The position numbers and the translations under genes were made by a program. The notes under the pieces are model-generated. The model had not been told where the DNA came from. It saw nothing but the letters and a program-made list of their open reading frames with translations, and searched no databases. A stretch of 53,930 nt of DNA, filler included, from Jimgerdemannia flammicorona (Eukaryota), in the NCBI GenBank assembly GCA_003990765.1. It is 2 parts of 2 records of this genome, joined end to end, with 100 filler letters (N's around TTAATTAATTAA, not from the genome) between each part and the next. Parts side by side here need not be neighbours in the genome. Positions count along the whole stretch, not along the records: positions 1 to 26,916 come from RBNJ01000678.1; 1 more part is not named here. One strand, written 5' to 3'. Positions 10,750 to 22,382 of this stretch are shown here, one piece after another. Within the stretch, counting starts at the first letter, position 1; each line of letters starts with the position of its first letter.

Positions 10750-13700
10750 TCTTGAGATTGGTGGCAGGTTCCCAGGTGGTATCATATTCAGGGTAACCCA
10801 TCCACTTGACTAGGTATTCTGTGCGATAGTACTGGACTCATTTGTCTAAGATTTTCTTGACTTCATACTTGATGTGGTCTTTAACTATCACTGGTGCTGA
10901 TGGTGTCAGAATTTGGCCAAGGTAAGGAGGTGACTGATAACAGGCCTTGAGTTGTGACATATGGAATACTAGGTATATATATATGGTTGTTGGCAGATTG
11001 AGGCAGTAAGACCAGGTGGAGACTTGCTCAGTGATTTCAAAGGGTCCAAGGTACTTAGGCTGGAATTTGGCTGACTAGTGGTTGACTTGAGATTGAGCCT
11101 TGATATTGTTGGCTTTGAGTAGAACCATATCACCAATGTTGTATATAACATCTTGCCACTTCTTATCTGCATACTTAGCTTGATATTGCTGAGCCTTTTG
11201 TAGGTTCATAGTGGTAATCTTGAGAAGGAAATCCATTTTGTTGATAAGATTTTGAGCTGTGGGGACTTGTGTGTGACTGGATTGCTAGAATGAGACTAGG
11301 TTTGCAGGAGTCTCAGGGTTTTGATCATGAAGTAGCTGAAATGGGGAAAGGTCAGTTGATAATTAGGTGGCATTATTGTAGGTGAACTTGGTATAGGTCA
11401 GATAGTGGTCTCAATCATCTTACTCATAAGACACATAGTTTCTGAGTATTTGTTCAAGTGTTCTGTTTATTTGCTCAGTCTGTCCATCAGTTTGAGGATG
11501 GAAGGCAGTAGATATAGCAATTTGGGTTCCAAGGGTCTTGAAGAGTACTTACCAGAAGTGACTTGTGAACTTGGGGTCATGGTCGCTGATAATTACTTAG
11601 AGAAGTCCATAATGGCAGAAGACAGTCTTGAAGAAGATTCTTGCAATTTCTGAGGCAGTGGCATTGGTTGTGGTTGGCTCGGCGATTGTAATCTTAGTGA
11701 GATGGTCCACAAATACAACAATAGCATCATAGCCTATTTTGGTTCATGGGAGTTATACAATGAAGTCCATTGTGACCTGTTTGAACTTCTTGGTTGGAAT
11801 TGGCAGAGGTTGCAGAAGACCAGTGAGTGCTTAGTTACTTGACTTGTTTCTTTGGCAAAGATTGCAGCTTTGGACATACTCCTTGATTTCCTTGAGCATA
11901 CTTGGTCAGTAGTAATCTCATTGGATATTCTTAATGATCTTCTCAGTTCTAAGGTGACCAGCTAGTGGAGAGTCATGGTGTTCATGAAGAATCTTATACC
12001 ATAGTTCAGAGTTGGCAGGAATATATACTTTGTCTTAATAGTACATGAGGTTGTTCTTGATGGTGTACTTTTCCTTGAATTCCTTGGTGTTCCTTTGTAG
12101 AACCAGAGAGTCTTGTTCATATGCCTTCTCGATCTGATTGAGGAATTCAGGTGCCATGGTGACTTGTAAAATTGTGGCAAGGTCAGGTCTTCTTGAAAGT
12201 GTATCTGGTACAACTAGAGTTTTGCCAGGCTTGTAGATGATGTTTGGAGTAAAGGTCTGAAGTAGTTGACTCCACTTGGCTTGTTGGTGAGAAAGGGTTG
12301 GTTGAGTGTTGATGTACTGAAGGGATCTGTGATTGGTGATCATGTCAAACTCAACTCCTTCTAGATAGTATCACCAGGTCTTGAGGGCATGCATGATCAC
12401 CAGGAGTTCCTTTTCATGAGTAGCCAGCTTTTGTTTGGCTGGGGACAATTTTCTTGACTCAAAGGCAATAGGTCAGTATCCTTGATCATCATCTTGAGAA
12501 ATGACTACACTAATAGCAAAGTTAGATACATCTATAGTAACTGTGAACTTTAAGTTTGGGTCCATGTTTCTAAGGACAGGTGCATGGGTCAGGCAGTTCT
12601 TGAGTTCTTGAAAAGCTTGTTGACAGAAAGCATCCCAGATGTAGGGGACATAGAGGTCAGAGTTGGGTTCCTTTCACAGGAGATTTGTCAAAGATTCTGT
12701 GATATCAGAGAAGTTCTTGACAAATAAATAGTAGTATCCAGCCAGACCAAGGAAGGACCTGAGTTCAGTGAGGTTTGCTGGTACAGGCCACTATTCAATG
12801 GCTTGCATTTTCCTTGGGTCTACTTGAATTCTTTTGGCTGATACAATGTGTCTAAGGTATTCAACTTGATCCTTGAAAAATTCACATTTCTTGAGCTTTG
12901 CATAGAGCTTGTTCTTGTGAAGGATCTTGAGGACTTGTTCAATATGCTTGAGGTGTTCTTCTTCAGTGCTACTGAAGATCAGAATGTCATCAATGTATAC
13001 AAGTACAAAGATATAGAGCTGATCCTTGAAGACAGTTTATATGAGATCTTAAAAGGTTGCTGGCATATTGGTGAGACCAAAGGCCATGACTAGAAATTCA
13101 TAGAGTCTGAAGGGTATCATGAAGACAGTCTTGGGTATGTCTTCTGGCTTGATTCGAATTTAGTGATACCCAGAGGTGAGATCAATCTTGGTGAAGTACT
13201 TTGTATTTTTGAGAGCATTAAAGATTTGATCTATGAGTAGTAGTGGATAATGGTTCTTGACTGTGATCTTGTTGAGTGCTTGGTAGTCTATACACATTTG
13301 CAGAGTATCATTCTTTTTCTTGACAAATAGAACTGGGGAGCCAAAGGGTGACTTACTTGGCTGAATGGCTTCTTGCTCAATGAGTTCATTGAGTTCCTTC
13401 TTGACTGCATCAATTTCAAGTAGAGACATACAGTACATTTTCTTCTTAGATATAGCTACATCAGGTACCAACTTGATTTCATGGTCATGGTCTCTTGAAG
13501 GTGGTAGACCAGGTAGTTTGTCTGGAAAGACATCTTTATACTTATTCAGTAGTAACTTGACACTTTCACTAATTGATAGCTTCTTATCTTCTTTCTTTAA
13601 TCAGATCAGTACCACAAAGGCACAGGTAGCTTTCTTGAGGGCCTTCTTGAACTGAATTGCCAAAAGGGTAGCAATTGGGGTTTTTGTCTGAGTCTTGTCT

Positions 13701-15536
13701 GGCTTGATGGTGATGTTGGTTCCATTCTGAATCAAGGTGACTTCATTCTTGGTCCAATCAATCTGAGGGTTATGTCATGTAAGCCAGGGTTTGCCTAGGA
13801 TCAGATCATGGTCTCCTAGTGGTGCTACCTCGAAATCTAAACATTCCCAGTACTTCTGGATCTTGAGAGGGAGTTTAGCAGCAATTGAGTCAATTGGTAA
13901 GGTAGTGCCATCTGTAGTGACAACTCTACCATTCTTGCTGGCTGGTTTGGAGAATCTTGAGCTTATTGATGAGGTTCTTGTTGATGAAGTTCTCAATAGC
14001 TCCACTGTCTATGAGAATATCTAGCTCTTGTCTCTTGACTAGGCCTTTGAAAATGAGCATTGAATTGACTTGGTTCTTGGCTATACTTGCAACTTTATCA
14101 GTGCTGCCAAAGTCTTTCTGATCTCGCTTGGTTGAAGACAGCTTGGTGACCTCTTTGATGACTGGTAGAGTGGCTTGCTCTAGAATGAGCTGTACAATTC
14201 TGTCACCTTCATTGATAGTATATGGTTAGTTCTTGTGGTTGACTAGCAGGACTTGCATTTCACCTCGGAAGTTAAGGTCAATGACTCCAGCACTAACATC
14301 CAATGAGTGCTTGAAACTGAGGCCAGATCTTGGTGCAATTCTTGCATAATGTTCCTTGGAAATTTCGACTGAAAGGTCAGTTGGAATGAGCCTTCTTTCA
14401 TGTGTAGGAATAGTAACTTGTTGTACTGCTTGAAGGTCCAAACCAATGACTCTTTCTGACTGTGCTTGAGGGATCTGGGTCTTGGGGTTGACTCGCATGA
14501 AATTGAGTACCACTTCTTGTTCAACTGGTTGACCTTGGGTGTCTTTGGACAGGACCAAAATTCTCTTTGGTTTGGCAGTTTTCTTGGGACATTTGGTTGC
14601 AATGTGACCAGGCTGATGGCAAAAGAAGCAGGCTTCAGCCTTCTTGAGACACTCCTTTTTCTTGGATGTAAGCTTGCCTTTTTTGCTCTTATTGATAGTG
14701 TCTAGGTCCATGGGGGCAGGTCCAATAGTTCTGACTTTGGGTTCCTCCCTTTTGTGGTTGTTGTTGAAAGGTGGTCTCTTCTGTTCAAAGCAGTGACCAT
14801 AGGTGATGATATTAAATCTATCAGCAATCTTCATTGCTGTATCTAGGTCCTTGGGTTCTTCTAGTTCAACATGAACTTGGGTTTGACCTTTTAGGCCTCA
14901 GATATACTTGTTGACCTTCTTGTCTTCAGTGACATGTGGTAATTCAAGCAGAATTGACAGGAATTATGCATTGTATGCTTACACAGACTTGAGTTGTTTG
15001 ACATTTGCCAGACAGTCTCGCGCAGTCTTAGTGTTATTGACTGGTTTGAATTGGTCTTGAACAGTATCAGAGAATTCATTCCAGGTTCTGATCCAGCCAG
15101 CAAATCTGATATTCTGGATATGGTTTCACTACTAGATTGCAGCATTTCCTTGGAGGAGTGTGGCAGTGAATTGGACTAGTGTTGCTTCTTTCAAATTGGT
15201 CAGTTCTCTATATTGCTCCAATTGAAAAAGCCAGGCATTGGTAGACAGTCCTCCTCTTTGACCATCAAAAGTGTCAGGCTTCTGAGGCTTGATAGTAACT
15301 ACTGTCAGATATATTGATATTGGTAGAGGTGTGGAGGTATGAGCAGGGGCCTTGCTTTCCTTTCTTTCTATGCATTCTTGAAGTTGGGCAATCTGAGCTA
15401 ATGCAGTCTGCAAAAGACTCTTGATGGCCCCATTTGACTGAGTAGAGTTTTGCTGTTCCTCTTCTTCTTGCTGATTGTATGAGGTATTGCCTGGACCATA
15501 GGTACTGTATGAAGGATTCCACCCATTGTCCTCCAT
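10750..15536 (-). pseudogene. gag-dUTPase-pol polyprotein with many stops and frameshifts
   Basis: Gag KPDTFDG...AWLFQLEQY; zinc knuckle CFFCHQPGHIATKC; dUTPase PRSG/GVID/FGST; protease LIDSGA (~14010); [28 protein letters not shown] (~12990); RNase H NHRSL/PDTLSR; integrase VTMDFIV, IVVFVDHL; chromodomain YLVKWMGYPEYDTTWEP (~10770-10820). Confidence 0.9.
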
Positions 15537-15593
15537 AGTGTTGTAACTGATATCTTGAGAGGTGTCTTGATAAGGCTAGGTGTAACTTAACTA

Positions 15594-15602
15594 CTGCTAC
15601 CA
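15594..15602 (-). promoter_or_regulatory. Primer-binding site TGGTAGCAG (complementary to the 3' end of initiator tRNA-Met)
   Basis: Lies 2 nt inside the 5' LTR boundary on the minus strand and matches the CUGCUACCA 3' end typical of eukaryotic tRNAiMet. Confidence 0.7.
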
Positions 15603-15604
15603 AG

Positions 15605-16008
15605 TGTAACAGTTCTAGTTTCTAAATGAGAAAGTGACTAGTTCTGGTAGTTCTAAGTAGCTCGAAGAGATACTTAAAGATTCAAGTGTTCTTGAAGGAT
15701 TTCTGGGAGAAAATATTCTGAGACTTTATTCATAAGAACAAAGGGGATATTTATACAAGATCTGAGAGAAGGATCTGGAAGAATCTAAGAAATCAAAGAA
15801 AAATGCCAAGAGGAAAGTTCTTGGCAAAGATGACAAATGATGACAAATAAAGTTCTACAAGTTTCCAGGACATTCAGTGACTAGCTAAATAAGTACTAGA
15901 GGATGCTCGGCACTAAGAAAGGATTTCTAAGCATTCGGAAAGTACTGGAAGGTCATAGAATATTGAAGAAAGACAAAGAAAAGAAATAAACTATGCTAAA
16001 ATGTTACA
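15605..16008 (-). repeat. 5' LTR of Gypsy element
   Basis: TGTAAC...GTTACA, 404 bp, direct repeat of 9986-10389. Confidence 0.95.
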
Positions 16009-16135
16009 ATATAGCTAATTATAAATATACAATAAGACTAATTTAGAAAAATATTCTTTTAGGAGACAGATATTCTTTCTAAATATAAGTATATCTTAGA
16101 TCTATGATATATATATCTTAGATCTATGAAATTTG
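16009..16135. mobile_element. Right part of the older eroded element split by the Gypsy insertion
   Basis: ATATAGCTAATTATAAATATACAATAAGACTAATTTAG continues the alignment with ~23141-23180 (TATATAGCTAACTATAGAATGCATAGTAATACTATTTAAG). Confidence 0.65.
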
Positions 16136-16553
16136 TCCTAATTTGGGATGACGTGCTATATGATGAGAGCTCCTTTCACGAGCTGTCGAGCCCAAGATTT
16201 TCCTATTTGCGTTGTGTCGGCTCGGGTTTTGGGTGAACAGGTGAACAGAACATCCGTGACCACCGATGTCATATTCTTATATATTAATACAGTTCGAAAG
16301 CGCTGATTATATTTTGGAAAATGTGGTTACATTTACGTCGGATACTATGCATTCCAACATGATAGTAAATCGACTGGAATGGGCCGAAATTACATGTCAC
16401 CATTATTTAAAGCAAATGCATTATTCACTACTAATTGACATCTGCTAAACTGGTGCCCCTCTCACTGTATAATAAAGAAAATTGTGGCGCTTCTCTAAAT
16501 TATATTTGCAAAGTTGGCCTATCACTACATCCGCCCTGCCTTAATTTCCATCC

Positions 16554-19500
16554 TCACTTTTTGACGAGCTGCCCAAAGAATTCGATTATGGTGGCTGCAT
16601 AACCTTGCAACTTGTATTCGGCAGCCCTGATATGATTTTAACGGACAATTACATTAAGCAAAACGGAAAACTGAATTTAATAGGATTTTATGTTACTTAC
16701 TCTCTATCAGAAATCTCTTTCTGGAAGCAAATGATGTCTCCATCTTGAATTTCGGCCTGCTGAAACGTCGTTGGTGTCTTCATGGGGTCAATCATGCTAG
16801 GTTTGATTTCCTTTAACATTCAATATGTAAGATACAAAGCGCTAAGGCATCGCCCAACCATTCTACAGGCTCGTCTCACAAATCATTCAATAGCCTACCT
16901 CAAACAATTTTAGTGCAGTATTCAATGGGAATCCTTTCTTCATGTTTAAGATAGGGATGATATCGCGAACTTTCCCGTTCCGCTTCACATAGAGCTTGCC
17001 GCAACCCCTATTTACACACAATTCCAAGGCAACATCTGATTGAGGTCTTTGACACAACGAAAAAAAAGCAGCAACACACAACAGAAAAGCTCTACTAACT
17101 CGATTATCTGTGTTTTCGGATCAAAGTATTTGATAAAGATCATCAGAGATGGGTGGGCGAATACACCCTTTAAAGTCGAGAGTTTGTCACTAATGGGCAT
17201 GTAAGTCTCCTCGAGATAGAGTCGCAGGGTGCTCTGGTAGGCATCCATTCTGGTTTGGATGAATTCCATTGCTATAAGCAGCATTTTTTTTTTAAAAAAA
17301 AATACTATATTAGTACAGACACCTCAAGACACCTGAAACCAATGACCAACAACTTCTTTCATTTGGATGAAGCCCCAATAAATAAAGTGAAATAAAATAA
17401 ATATCCTAACACTTACATGAATTGGCTTCGGTCTCTGAGATCGGTTGGTCAGGCCTCACCGTCCGATTATATCGGTTGACAAGAATCCATAGCCTAAATC
17501 TGTTGACCGGGACCTGGAAATGGTCTGCGACTGATTGTTTGAATACTGAAAACCGCTCCTCCTTCTTTACGCGAAAAGATGGTATTTCTGACTGCATTGT
17601 CTTGTCATCGAAATTTGCCAGATCGAAACCTTGATGCACCTTGAATATGTCGTCTGTCACGACCTAGAGCAAATGATCGCACATGTAATAGGTATTGTAG
17701 CAGAGAAACCTTAAGATACACGACAACTGGTGAACGCAGCTCACCTTGGCAGTCAGATGCGTTTTGTTCTCCTCGTCAAGATGCATTTCTATAGTAAATA
17801 ATTCGGAACACGTAGTCCTTAAAAAAGTTCTGTAATGCGACACTTATGTGTTTTTCTGTATCATTGTTGCTTGATCACATCCTCCGAACAAACAAACGAA
17901 ATGAAAAGAATAAAAAAATAAATAAAAAAAGAAATAAGGAATAATAGGAAACAATACGCACCTATATGAGGTGGAATATCACCAGGTGATATCGGCGCGA
18001 GCATCTCATCGACATCAGACTCACGAATATACACAAGTGCGTATGCGCTCGTGAATCTTCTTTTTGCCGCCATTTGTGGTCGTCGGGCAACGAGTTGGTT
18101 GGCGTTGGGTGCCTCGCCCCCATAGTTATCCTCAAACACCTCAAGGTCCGTTACAGGCGTGACACGTTGACCTTCGTACTTGAACCACTTGTTGTCCTTT
18201 TTGGGCTTCAGAAAAGCAAAGTATTGACCACCGTCGAGATCACCACTATGCACTATGACGCTGAATATGAAAGAGTAACATATCATCAAAAGCATGTATA
18301 CAAACAGTATGCGGGGTGTTGTCATTGACTGTCAGGTTTCTGATTGAGCACTCTTACCCATGAAGGAGATATTTGTGTGGTCCGTTTCTGTCAGCGATCG
18401 GAGAAAGGAACTCCTCGAGGTCGATCTCAGGTGGAAATTCATGACGGCCATTAATCTAAGCACAATCGGCATGGTTAATTCTTTTCTGAATTCGAGATTA
18501 AGTGTCTATTTGCAGGGACAGCCATATCGTGGACCCACCTTGACCATAGTATCTTTTGAAATATCATATTCAAACCGCTTTAGTTGTACATATAGTACGG
18601 ACGGGAAGCTCTCGAAATAGACACCCCTCTTGACGTTTTGCAAACCGTGGTCCCCGATCTGTTGCTTTTCCACGAACTCAGCCACAAACTTCACGAAAGA
18701 TTCATAGAGGTTTTTGCACCCTTTCACGTCGAGTTGAATGTCTAATATATTGCGAAATCAAAAGAATCCAAGAATCAATGTCCACGTCGGTGATGCGACG
18801 ACAGTGCTTTCTCAGTTTACCATAATAATCCTCCACGCGCGAGAACTCATAATCGATGCTTATTCCCTTGACATAAGTCTTCATCTTGCCGATGAATAGT
18901 TTCTTCATGTCGCCATCGGCCGGTGTGTTCTAAAAATGGCAGAAGTCTCGTCACATAGACGTATTGTAGCATAGAATCTGATATTGACTTGCCCAACAAC
19001 GTAACATTTACTACACACCTTCATTTTGGACTCCAGGATTTCCTGTAAAATACGGTTAAACTCCAGAAATTCACGCTCCATGGATGTATCGAGAAAGTCC
19101 CACCCAAAACTCCTTGTCAACTCCGTTGTACCTAATCGTTAACCAAACAGCGAGTGGATTTAGAAACGTCCACTACATCTAAATGATATTAGCTGGCCTA
19201 TATAAGCTGTTCCAGCGCCCTTTCTTGGACTTGGCATCCTAGGGCCTACCTACCAACAGCTACTTCCGAGAACTGGAGATTATAAAACACGCGCTGTAGT
19301 GCCAAGGCAACGTTCTTGGTGGGTACGTCGGATTCCGTTGGGATCTTGTAGACAGCTCTACAAAAGAATTTTATCATATATAAACATTGCACGGCCGTGT
19401 TCAAGTAACTGGTCGTTCCCTGGTTTAAGAGGCCGACAAAACCGGTGACCTTTCTGGAGTCATAGCTAGTGGAAAATCGCAAACAATGAGCTTCATTTAC

Positions 19501-21084
19501 AATTGCAAGGAATGGATTCGCTACATTTTCCCACAACGCGCACTCACCTGACAAAGTTGTGCCACAGTACCCCAGTATGGTCTTTCAAGACACGCACGAA
19601 AGCAGAGATGACTGTCTGGTCATCGTCAATCAAGGGATATGAGCGCCCGTCATTTGGCTGAAACATCTTTTTGATATCACAGAATCGGGTGAAACCTAAG
19701 TTAGGCTTGTCAGCACAAAATCGATTGTGAGCGCTTCGATGCTTCAATTGGGTCGGATCGAACGGGTTAGATATCACCAACGCGAACTGAGCGCACGAAT
19801 GCTTTCCCTGCTCGGACGGCCCGGGGTCAACGAGTTGAAGATACATGGAGGTACTCTCTTTCTGGTTGTTACCAAGAGGGAAGAGCATAATTTTCCTACA
19901 TGTACAGGATAAAAGGTTGAAACCCCCGAAGAGAATGCAAAGTTTTGCCTAATAGTTCGAGTGGGAATACATAGAGAGGTAAAGCATGCTACCATTTCCA
20001 ACCGCCCGCCTCAAATTCCGGGCTGTACACCCTACCAGTCAGGGCACGCCAACTTTCGATTTTCCAGTGGAAGACTTGAAAATCCTCTACGTCGTGATCT
20101 AGGTCAGGCAGTATCTGTCGCGTAGGGCATAGGGTGTTCTTGCAGGCATGATGACAAAACGCCATGTAGTGCGGAGAAGTTTCCGCGAAGTTGTCAACTG
20201 TCTCCGTAAAGGTCTTGAGTCGATTTGGGCAAACAAGCGTGAGGTCGAAATGGCTCATCATTTTGAGCATCAAGGCGCGCGATGTGCCGTCTCCTAACCG
20301 GACCGTGCCAGCGCGTCCCGCAACCACATCGTTAATGTCATGCAGAATTGTACGGCGCTCCGAAGCCGACGTATTCTCGTTGCTTCGCCAGAACCAGTGA
20401 ACGACGCACAACAATAAGTCATGCTCGGGTGTGGAAAGAGTGGCTGACTCGGTGAGGAGCAGCTCGAGGGACTCTTCAGACAGGTCGGACAGCTCACCGA
20501 TGGCAAGTTTGTGAGTGCGAAAGGGGTTGAGGAGCACGTCGTAGAGGTCCTTGCTGGCTTCGCTCCAGGGGATGGCGGCGACAGCTTCGTTGAGAAGCGA
20601 TGAGGCGAAACCAGAATCAGCGAGGTCGTGCGCGCGTTCCAGCACCATCTCCATAAGCTTCTGGAGTAGGAGAAAGCTTGCTGCGTGGTATATTCCTACC
20701 GCGATGGAATTAGTGACAGTGATGTCGATGGCCTCGGTGTGAATGAAGCCGAGGACAATGTTGAGCACCGTGGAGGTGATGTCGTTGAGGGCGACGCGAT
20801 GAGAATAACCCTCTCGCATGTTTCCGTACAGCATCGCCTTGAAGACCGGGCATCTTTTAAGAGATTACATGATATTAAGTGTGTGTAAAATGTGTAGAAA
20901 ACGACGGACACAATTAAACTGTGCAAAATCGAAATCGGACAAACCTTGAAGCAAGTACTGCACGGCATGCGCCTAGCTCGACTCCGTCAGCGCAGACGAT
21001 GGTCACATCGTGGTAAGTTGGGTCTTTCCAGATGGAGGCGATATCGTCCCTGAGATTAAAACCGCTGCCGTATTGCTCGACCAT
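16554..21084 (-). CDS. BTB + helical + MATH + USP7/Ubp15-like (pseudo-)catalytic domain + UBL1-2 fusion, ~1045 aa. Exons 21084-20945, 20853-19993, 19895-19548, 19465-19254, 19131-19019, 18929-18821, 18741-18539, 18455-18358, 18260-17962, 17788-17745, 17663-17417, 17271-17100, 17007-16899, 16810-16701, 16626-16554
   Basis: All 14 introns are GT-AG with compatible phases, giving 3138 nt in frame to TGA. BTB motif as in the paralogue; MATH FHWKIESW...SPEFEAGGWKWKIMLFPLGN; USP7 hallmarks GVLWHNF, YDSRKVTGFVGLLNQG, ALALQRVFYNLQ, TTELTRSFGWD, QLKRFEYD, VHSGD, AYALVYIRE; UBL region HQGFDL, NRTVRP, FIKYFDP, FEEIKP, AEIQDGDIICFQK. Confidence 0.9.
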
Positions 21085-22382
21085 GTTTATAAAAGCGAGA
21101 GAAATAACGAGGTTTGGTTGGGCTTGACTGCGGCAAGAATTTCTTTAAATCGTGGCGCAGCGTAGAAAGCGGTCCTGACAGGAACCTGGGTTTTTTTTAG
21201 TTAATTGATGGAAAATAAATATTTGTCAAAATGATTCAGATTGCTAAGTAGCAACAATTGTCCAATCCTGGTGTGGCAAAATTCAATACAAGAGCAATCT
21301 GAAGGAATCCCTCTTCCGGAGAACTCTGTTAACAAACTCGTAAAAAAAATACTGCTTATGGCAGTATTTCAGTTGGCGTGTTACATCCGCGAGGTACTTA
21401 TGTATCGAACTCAGCTTCTCAGGTTTAGCATTCCCATAGTGAAAGGTTTTTTGAGTATTTGTTTAGGTTCATCAAAATAAATAATAAAATAAGAAAAAAA
21501 AAAAAAATTGATATCATGTTCTGGACGCACACCTTTGCAACCCAGGAATAATAATAACAATAATAATAAGTGCCGGTCCCAGGTGCAATACCAAAAAGGG
21601 GGATTTTTTTTCCGAGAGGAGAGGAATTCAAGGCCGCGCCTTAGTGAATATGGGACATCCGTAGTGGAATGGCTCGTTCCGCCGGCTCATGATCTAGGCG
21701 AGCGGAAACGGCACCATAATCCGATCTAATCTACAAGACGTTGCGCCAAATAATGCTATATTCGTTTTTATGTCCCTCATGGGCAATTGTTGTCATCAGC
21801 AGCGCGACCACGTGTCGACTTTCAATCCATTTTCTGGTGGTGATTCCATTGATTTTAGTCAAGAGACTATTGTTGGAAATCTACCCTCACATTTTAACGG
21901 ATCCAACAGAATATGTTCACGCGTTGCGGGGGTGTGACTCCTGGCAAAAAAATAATGTGGATTGGAAGGCCTCTTCTGCAGAGGAAAAGGAGGTTTATGT
22001 TTTGATTTGCATTATAATTTGTGGCTTCTGCTTATGTTCCACGTCGGCAATAACAACGTCATCAATTTCTCAATCGCAACGCGCAACATGTAATATCAAT
22101 AAAGATTGCCGCTCTTTAAGAAAACAAAATATTACAATAGTTCATCGGTCGGATACGATTGGTTTGCAAACCGATAGGGTACAGGTCCAAAGATCGCATG
22201 GGCCGTTAACTTTTTTTATTTTTTTTATATTTTTTATATATGGCTCAACCAATGGGTTTTATTATGCCCAGAAACTGAGAAAGGATCAGTTGAAAAAAAT
22301 CCAATATTCCTTGTAATCCTCTATTAAAATTACTATAGATAATAGACAAAGTATCAGATATTTTTATTTGTAATATATATAC

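Larger units (their letters stand above)
9986..16008 (-). mobile_element. Full-length Ty3/Gypsy chromovirus-type LTR retrotransposon carrying a dUTPase (degenerate)
   Basis: Two 404-bp LTRs (TG...CA) and a 5-bp TSD ATATA (9981-9985 / 16009-16013), with PBS and PPT. Minus-strand domain order is gag(CCHC)-dUTPase-PR-RT-RH-IN-chromodomain. Confidence 0.95.

Noticed and set aside
21741..22316. 191-aa ORF upstream of the BTB-USP7 gene
   Set aside because: It has a non-ATG start, low-complexity T-rich stretches and no recognisable domain or splice pattern. Treated as intergenic.
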